From positions 65,038,001-65,102,000 of the forward strand of contig OX597826.1 in NCBI GenBank assembly GCA_951406725.2: DNA of 64,000 nt, in the 5' to 3' direction. Made by a program: the position numbers and the translations under genes. This document shows, one piece after another, positions 55,720-64,000 of this stretch (position 1 is the first letter of the stretch; each line of letters opens with the position of its first letter). The notes below the pieces were generated by a model. It was not told the DNA's origin, searched no databases, and saw only the letters and a program-made list of their open reading frames with translations. This DNA comes from Octopus vulgaris (Eukaryota).

Positions 55720-57304
55720 CTTAATTGGTATTTCTCTCTACAAATTTTAAAGACAGCTCAAAACACTGACGACAGAAGATCAAATTAATTCCTATATTAA
55801 TTCTTACAAGTGTGGAGAAAAATATTTAAGCTTATTCATAACTGTACTTTGTTGTGTCTGGGGAGAGTCATCATCCAAAAGCGAAATATCTCTATACTTG
55901 TTTTGTTTGTATTCTTAAAACCGGGACGGAATTGCAAAAATAAACGGTGAATGTAAACGAATTTGTTCCTCACAAATAGATCTTTTGAAATATAGAGTGG
56001 GCAAAACAAAAGTCATGAAATATAAAAAAGCGGTTGGTGCAACAACTGAAATCACCAGATTATGCCCACAGATCGCAGCCCGAACACAGAGTTCTAAACA
56101 CTGGTTATATATCATGATCAATGGACCATACCGAACAAATACAAATTTCTGGCTAATTCTCAATAAAACGTTAGAAAAAATTTGAATTCATATGACTGGA
56201 CAATATTTGCTTCAACTTTGTTAAATTAAATTAGTTCCTGTATTTTCATTTATACGTTTCATAACATTTCTGAGAAGTTAGGGTAAAGATGTTTAATAGT
56301 TAAAACTTAAGGGGAAGATGTTATAACGACTGTTCTAGTGGCAAAGGGAGTTAAAGTGATCCAGGAACAGTATAATACAATGTAGTAGTATTTATATTAT
56401 GGTTTTATTAAGTTAAAATACGAACCATACGGACACCTGAAATACAAAACACCCAAACACTTTCCAAGGTACCAGTTTCTGCGCCACAGACGGATTGCGC
56501 AATGTCTCGCATAATTACGTCCCTTGTATTATTTCAATAAATAAAATAACCTACCTATATTTCTTTCGATTTTTCACCAGTCGATCTCCCCAAATTTAAC
56601 AATGTCTTTTGAGTTTGACTTTTTTAACTTCACACCAGACATAAAATATCCTCAATTGTTTTTTGTTTTTTTTCTGCAAACGTTTAAAACTTAAAATGCG
56701 TACGTGTGGCTGTGTAAGTTGTGCTAGCTTTATACATGAAAGAGAAATTGTGTATGGCTAGAGGCATTTTGATGAGACCAAACTACGCGATTATATCTGC
56801 ATGGAATAGATATTTAAGCTATTTTGTATTTTTTTTAGTGTTATAATCATTTATTCATTGAAGTTGTCTAATACAGTGGATCATATGTCTGTAAGCAATG
56901 ACCTCTTGTACAAAACAGTAGGGGCCACATAGAAACAACATGCTAGACTCACTATTTGCAGCTAATAAATCCTTATTTTACATACGTTACCTTTAATGTT
57001 AAGTAAAGTGGGTTTATTACTGCTGTATATTTTCTCAGCATAAAACAGCACACCTTAGAATTTTTGTTGACATTCAGTAGTACCACGTGTAATGTAAATA
57101 ATACTTTATGAGACAACGAGGAAGCTTGTGATTATTAATTCAACTAACTTAATTGTTGTTTAATCGGATGAGGGTTGCCTGGTCTAGTATTTTGGGTGTT
57201 GCAATTGTAGGTTCGATTCCTAGACTGGGCAGTGCGTTGTATTTTTGAGCAACGCACTCCGTCGCTTCGACATCTGACTGCGTGGCACTTCGGGCAAGTG
57301 TCTT

Positions 57305-57504
57305 GGATCTATTCCATCTCAATCACAGATTTTAAAACTTTTTTTTTTACTAAACAGCTTGAAACTTCGAATACTGGTAGAATTTCTCATGTAGAACATG
57401 GTTTACTCTGAACGTTTTAGACAAAATTACACTATTCGAAGTTTCAAACTGTTTAGTTAAAAAAAGTTAATTATAAAAATCTGTGATTGAGATGGAATAG
57501 ATCC
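57305..57504. mobile_element. 200-bp MITE with long TIRs and 8-bp TSD, inserted in a family C SINE
   Basis: GGATCTATTCCATCTCAATCACAGATTTT ... AAAATCTGTGATTGAGATGGAATAGATCC; AGTGTCTT duplicated at 57297-57304 and 57505-57512. Confidence 0.92.
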
Positions 57505-58339
57505 AGTGTCTTCTGCTATAGTCTCGGGCCAACCAAAGCCTTGAGTAGATTTGGTAGACAGAAATTGAAAGAAGCCCGTTGTGTGTGTTATATGTTTGTC
57601 CCTCCATCATCACTTGGCAACTGATGGTGTCTTTACATCCCCGTAACTTAGTGGTTCAGCAACAGAGACCAATAGGATAAGTACTAGGCTTACAAAGAAT
57701 AAGTCCTGGGGTCAATTTGTTTGACTAAAGGCGGTGTTCCAGCATGGCCAGTCAAATGACTGAAACAAATAAAAGAATATCAGTTTCTATGAGAAAAGAA
57801 CAATGTTCATCCTCAAGCCTGCTCTTATTCAAAGGAGTTCCAACCATGGCTATTCCATACTTGTCATGCTCTACTCCACTAAATTCCTCCTTTGCCTCAA
57901 AACAGAACAGATGATCGCAGTTAAAACTTTTGATTGTACATTTTTTGTTTTTTTTCAATCCGGCTGATCTAAGTTTAAATGTATACTCCCTTATATTGAA
58001 CTTCACACACTTTTTGTACATTTTCATGAAAGACTGGGGAGTGGAGAAGAAACTGAACTGAAAGGTGGTGAGCTGGTAGACAAGACATATTTTGTATATG
58101 ACTAAACCTGTACTGCACTGAGCAAAATGCTTAACAGCATTTCATCTGACTTTACTTTCTGAGTTCAAATTCTGCCTGGGTTGACTTTGCCTTTCATCCT
58201 TTTGGAGTCAATAAAATAAGTACCTGTTGAACATTGCAGTTGACGTAATTGACTCATCCCATCACATGAAATTGTTGGTCTTGAAACCAATATATTTTCT
58301 TTTGCAGCACTTAAATCTATAGTAATTAGTTCCAAAAGC

Positions 58340-59400
58340 TATACACATCACTGATGGATGCAAAAACACTCCAAAGAACCTTGATATGTTTCTCACCTCC
58401 AAATCCAATATCTATTAAAACTATCACCATTTGTCATGTCATCCAACAACACTATTTTATTTCTACTCATCACACTTTTGCCCCCAGATCTTCTGCCACT
58501 TCAAATCAGCTGACTAGTTGGAATTCTGGCAGTTCTATGCTAACCTGGCATGCATGTGCTTCACTCAATTCATCAGAAACAGTTATGCAAATGACTATCA
58601 TGCTCCTTGGAATATGCTGTAGCATTCAATTTAGTTACTGCTTTATATTTGCATGTAGGTTTTGTTGTCTTGTCACAATATCTTGGAATCATAAATAGCA
58701 ATACTCATATATGGTACCACCATAAAGATGAACTGATAAACTCACCTTTTAACAGATACCCCACTTTGACCAACATTGCTTTTCCTTGGTATAACATATC
58801 TATCTGAAGCAATACATTTGGCAAGTTTCTTCACATCTGACACAAGCAAGAGTCATAACTCCAAATATCCTGGTTTTAGTAGTTCACTTAAAGGAAATCC
58901 TTATAACCTGGGGGTATGTAGTGGAATCACCCATCTGTATATGCTGGATAGCTTTTGCCCGAACTATAAACTTACACGGCTGTGTGGAACAAAGTTTGCC
59001 TACGAGCATATGACCACAAGTACACCTGACTCCTTTGCCAAAAGAACCTCTACCAATTTTGAAGTGTCCTCCTTCATTCCACTTCCCAACCTTAATGGCT
59101 CATTAAATATTTTCACATTTGCTGCCCATGTTAGAGCCAAATTCACATTCAGAGTAAAACTTCTCTAAAACAATTCCTCTCCACTATGTATACAGATAAT
59201 GCACACAACAGTACCAGTGGTTGTTTCAACCCCTCCCATTACTTTCAAACAATGTGCCAGCAAATAAGCCCCCAACTACATTAAGCTTTTCGATTCTTTA
59301 TATAAAAGGGCAACCCCACTGTCAACCTATTGCTTTCATTCTGAACACCTCAAGGTTGATAGAAACACTTAACAAAAACAGCAACCATAACTGCTAACAC
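58340..59400 (+). mobile_element. Highly degenerate LINE RT-like remnant
   Basis: Scattered pieces such as DAKTLQ, LGIINSNTHIWYHH and LCGTKFAYEH echo the DLGVI...LSW..H and YE.RL motifs of LINE RT; many disruptions. Confidence 0.35.
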
Positions 59401-62400
59401 CTTGAATCTTCTCATTTATGATAACTAGTATGGCTTCTGTAAAGTTAGAGCAACTAAAGATCTGCTCTTCTATATCACTCACCACTAGGTATTTACTATT
59501 CAGAAATTTAGTGAAAATGTTATTGCACTAGATACCAATAAAGCATCTGTATTTAATTTAATTTAATTTATGCAATCATACCTTCATTTCAGATGTTCAT
59601 TGTGGAATTTCTTTCAGGATTCCATGGTGCTGAGAAACAATTTGCTTTTAATGATTAAAAATTAGTAATTTTAAGTAATAAATTTTGTTTCGCCATTACC
59701 TGACAACATGAAATACTTATATATCTTCAAAGACAAACAGTTTTAATGATGATTTATCCCATGGGTAGTGTTCCCCTCCAATCTATGTACTTATGAGTGC
59801 ATACATTTTCCAATTAGGAAAGAAACTAACAGAATTTCAAATACAGTAAATGTGCACCCTTAATTATACATTTGTTCTTGTTACTTTTTAATGTCTTCCT
59901 TTAAGCACTAGCCTTTTATCTAAGAATCATAGACTAAATATCAATTTAACAAAGTAACACGAACATGATCAATAGATCTCTCAGTCTATTCTCAAAAGGC
60001 CAACTCAGAAAAAAAGAAAATATTAATTTATTCCCTCCAGCTGGACATCATTTATTGTGATGATAAACCCTGTACAAATTTTCTATTGGCTTGCACTAAT
60101 TTTCAGACCAATGCATCTTGAAACATTCAGGATTCCATACAGTATAATCTTGAGATCATCCTCCAAGGAGAAACTAGTGCATCACCAGGTGGTAGATATG
60201 ATATTCACCTCAAAGACCAATATATAAATAAATGTAAAGTACTTTACAGAAATGAGACAAGTGCAGGGGTAAATGAGAGAAAATACCATGAAGCATGGAA
60301 TAGAGTCTTTCAGCAGTGTTAACTCAGGTTTTATGCAGTAGTTGTAGTTCTATGTGGACCATTGTAGCTTATGAATGTGACTGGGGAGAGGGGAATTGAG
60401 TTATCAATCACTCAAATTTCCAACCATGTATCTTAATCCAATATCAGACCTAACTTTTGCCACAAATTAAGATATGACAATAATTGCAGTTGTTCTTAGG
60501 ACACCAAAACATACTTCAAACATTTACTTCAAATAGATGCTATCTCTTTTTATTTCATATATTGTTCAATCCAAGGATGAGAGGCAATGCTCAAGACCTT
60601 TTGTAGACTCCCAGCTAGGTATTCTATTTGGAATCCTGCAAGTTGATAGCTATAAGAAAACATGGGACAAGAGATTGCTGCAAAGCTACAGATCTATGGA
60701 AGATGGATTGAGTAAAGTCAGATATTGTAGGAATGAAGGACAGTTAGCTGCAAGAAGAGGTGGTATGTGATGAAAAAAAACCATTATTGTAGGTGTAGCA
60801 GACAGAGAAAAATAGCATGTTTATATGCCATTTTTAGCATGTTTGAGTGCATCTTTGTCAATCAACCTGTATAAAATGCAAGTTCATCCTACATTTGAAT
60901 ATATACTACAACTTGTACCAAAAGTAGAATGACTTTTTACAATAGCACCACTCCACAAATTGTAGGGAGGTGCTACTGTCAACATATACCTAATGCAAGC
61001 ATTCCCAGAGCAAAGTTGTAGGTTTTACCAATAATCTTGTGCAAATATTTCAATATTTTATTTTCATTTCTATGTTTAAAAGACTAATATCTTTGTAGAT
61101 TACAGATACAACTGTTTGTAAAATTCCAAATTACATTCATATATGACATGATGTATAAGGATTTCTTTCATTGGCACAAAATTGAACCAACTCCAATATA
61201 AGCATACACTTACTTTGGAATGATAAACACAAAACATTAAGTATAGTGCTGTACGGTTTCCTTGTTCCACCTCTTTCTAGTAAATACTGCGAAAATCCAT
61301 TTTGGAGCATAAATTGTTTTAATAACCTTATAACAAAAACACAACTGCTACAATAATCTATTAGACTTTACTATTTCGTTTTATATAAAATGTAGATCTA
61401 TAATGATAATCTACATAACACTTTATTACATCATTATTTTGTTTTAATAAATGTGGATAGGAAAAACTTGTAGCCTTTACTATGCACTTGCCTAATTTTA
61501 ATCTTCACTCAGGTTTTAAAAAAAGTGCATATTATCATGGAGTTCTACGATATATTCTTACTTGTATAGAACTACATGATCTCTAACATTGGTTAGGAGA
61601 AAAGGCAGTGTTTATGACCCTTTGCAGAGTCTCTGACATTGGAGGTATAAAGAGGAGTAGATATTCTCAAACTGGAGTGTTTACAGTGAGCAAAATAGTG
61701 TATGAAGGGAAAGAACTTTGATCAGTTTACAAGAAGTTCTAGATTCCGTCCAACCATCCCATTTTTAAAAATATGATCAAAATCTTTATTTAGTAAATAT
61801 AAACTACTGGCTTGTAAAATTTGATAGGACTTTTGCATCTCATTTATGATAATGAATTCTGTAATATGTGGCCTTACTGGTTCAACATACCAGGAGAAAA
61901 AAAAAAGCATGGCTCAAAAAATTCTTGATTAACATTCTCCACACCTAATTTAACTAGCAATCTAGTGTTAGCTTTCTTAAATGGGATTTCAATGATGTAG
62001 CTGGATTGGAGAATTTCCCTAATCTATTAAAAGGAATGATGCAATTTCCAGAAAAGTTTTTTTTTTTTTTTTTTTAAAGAACGGAAGATAATTGATGACG
62101 AAAATAGCAGAGGAGCAAGTGTATTGCCCTGAGTTACATGGAAACTAATATACTAAAAAAAAAAATGGAGAGGAAAAGTTATTTATGGGAGACAACTCCA
62201 AAATTTTACGATTAATTACTGCCAGTAATCAAATTGTTTTACAACTTTTCATCTTAAATTTAATTTCTGAACGGTTGCGGCTGATTGTCAAAATAGGTCT
62301 CCGATTTTCGATACTGAACAATTCTACAAAAGGTCGCTTTTTTTTTCTCTTTTATTCTTTAAACCATCCAAACAATTTTGTGCGTGGAAATCTGAGAATG

Positions 62401-64000
62401 TTGATTTGGAAGACCGAAAACTCTTAGAAATTTTCTGAAAGGTGTATCGTCGAGAACGCTTTCGTTGTGCTTAATTAAAAATTATAATTACAATCGGTTG
62501 ATTCAAAAATACCCTCACCTCAGCAGTTGGGACATTTCATTGACAATATAGGAGTAAAAAGAAAGTTGACTCGCTGCTGGATTCAAACTCCGATAACTGA
62601 CAGTGTTGACAGGTGAGATATTGAATCATATTAAATACGCCAAGGCACAGACATTAATATGGAAGTCTTGTTTGAGAGAGCCTGAAAAGGTGACTGCTGG
62701 GTTTACCCACAGTGGTTTTTAAAAAATGTAGAAGATAATTCATTTTAGTAGCATACTATTCTGTTAGCAAATATTTTTTTCTTATACACACACATACAGC
62801 CTCGCTTGTTTGGGGGGTTAATTTAAATTACTTTTTTTGTGTGTTTATATCCCCAAAATGGTCCACGGGCTGCATCAAACAACTAAATGTGTTTATGGGA
62901 AGAAAAATATTTTAAAATATCAATACACGAGTGATAAAGAAACGAGGAAGGTGATCGTGCGTTGTGCTAGAAATAACAGCCAAATCTCCCTTAAATCACT
63001 TTTTCCTCCGAAAATATTTGCAATTTTTTTTTTACCAAAACGGCTTCTCCCACGGTTTTTAAACGCATAGTGCCGAACAAATTGTCCAAAATTGGTCCGG
63101 GGTGGGGGGTGAAAGATTTCCAAAAAATATTTTTTTCATATAAAGATGCCTCTCATCATTTCGAAGACAACGAGAAAAAATAACTGGAAAATTCCCCGTC
63201 AAAACGGAGAAATTCCAACTTATGTGGGCGTCTTAATGCGAAACTCCATGCTTCGGCCAGCTTTTTAAAAAGGAAACTTATGAATTTCGTTCTAAAAATA
63301 TTTCCCGGTTATTTGGCTCTGAGCGACATCAAAATTTTAAAGAAAGACTACAAAAATGTCTTTGCTTACGAAACTTTTCGCTATCAATGATTCCCCCCAA
63401 GAAATGCTATCCCAAAATAAAAACGAAACAATTTTATTAAGCTCTGAAACGCCGCTGGCCATGTCATTTAGTGACCATTGTGAAAACAATAATCTCGAGG
63501 GCTCTAGTCGCCGAAAAAAACTCATTCATTTACTTCATAGACACGCCTCCATAAACAGGTTCCAAAGATTCGTGTAACAGAACATTCTCCAGAAAGTGAA
63601 TGAACTGTTCTAGCTTATTTTGTGAAATTTTGTTGTGTTTAGGGAGGGTCATTAGGCACAAATAGAAAAACGAAGTAAACCCTAGAATGACTTTCCAAAG
63701 AAAATCACGAAAACCATACCTATAGCTTTACGGACAACCTCAAGACCTGAAAATCTGAATTTTAATAAACATTATATAAAACAATGTTACCTTTTTATGC
63801 ATTTAATAGCATTACTTTGAAATGGTGATTAGCATTTCTTTGGTAATCTGTAATTTTACCATTTCTTTTTCCTATATATATATATATATATATAAATGTT
63901 TGTCAAATTTTATTAAAAGAATCCTTGCTTTGCGGGGACCCTAGCACTACTCAGTTTCTTTATTAGCCACGAGGGCGCAACATAGAGGGGGACAAACAAG

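Noticed and set aside
55565-55750. ORF resembling a second IGHMBP2 gene on the + strand
   Set aside because: Only a partial exon 2 copy; no other IGHMBP2 exons found downstream on +, and similarity ends mid-exon without a donor.
58354-59168. Overlapping 114-aa and 130-aa ORFs as a third gene
   Set aside because: No recognisable host protein or splice structure; better explained as a decayed LINE.

Overview
AT-rich, repeat-dense eukaryotic (animal) genomic DNA. The SINE/MITE repertoire looks like that of an octopus (coleoid cephalopod); this is recognition from memory, not a database result. Two multi-exon genes lie tail-to-tail. BBS7 (BBSome subunit, + strand) has 19 coding exons at 2058-29488 giving 714 aa, and its last intron is a textbook U12-type AT-AC minor-spliceosome intron (28267-29345). 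IGHMBP2/SMUBP-2 (SF1 helicase + R3H + AN1 zinc finger, - strand) has 16 coding exons at 55029-31454 giving about 1034 aa, with an apparent +1 frameshift in exon 11. An inverted, about 96%-identical DNA copy of IGHMBP2 exon 2 plus its splice acceptor lies about 0.5 kb upstream of the IGHMBP2 start codon. Introns and flanks contain tRNA-derived SINEs, LINE fragments, a mariner end, TTAA/TA/8-bp-TSD MITEs, a MULE derivative, an LTR remnant, two hammerhead-ribozyme-like motifs and an unclassified direct-repeat plus tandem-array insertion. All exon boundaries were derived by hand from splice dinucleotides, reading phase and recalled similarity to vertebrate orthologues. Most ORFs in the supplied track are non-coding repeat read-throughs.
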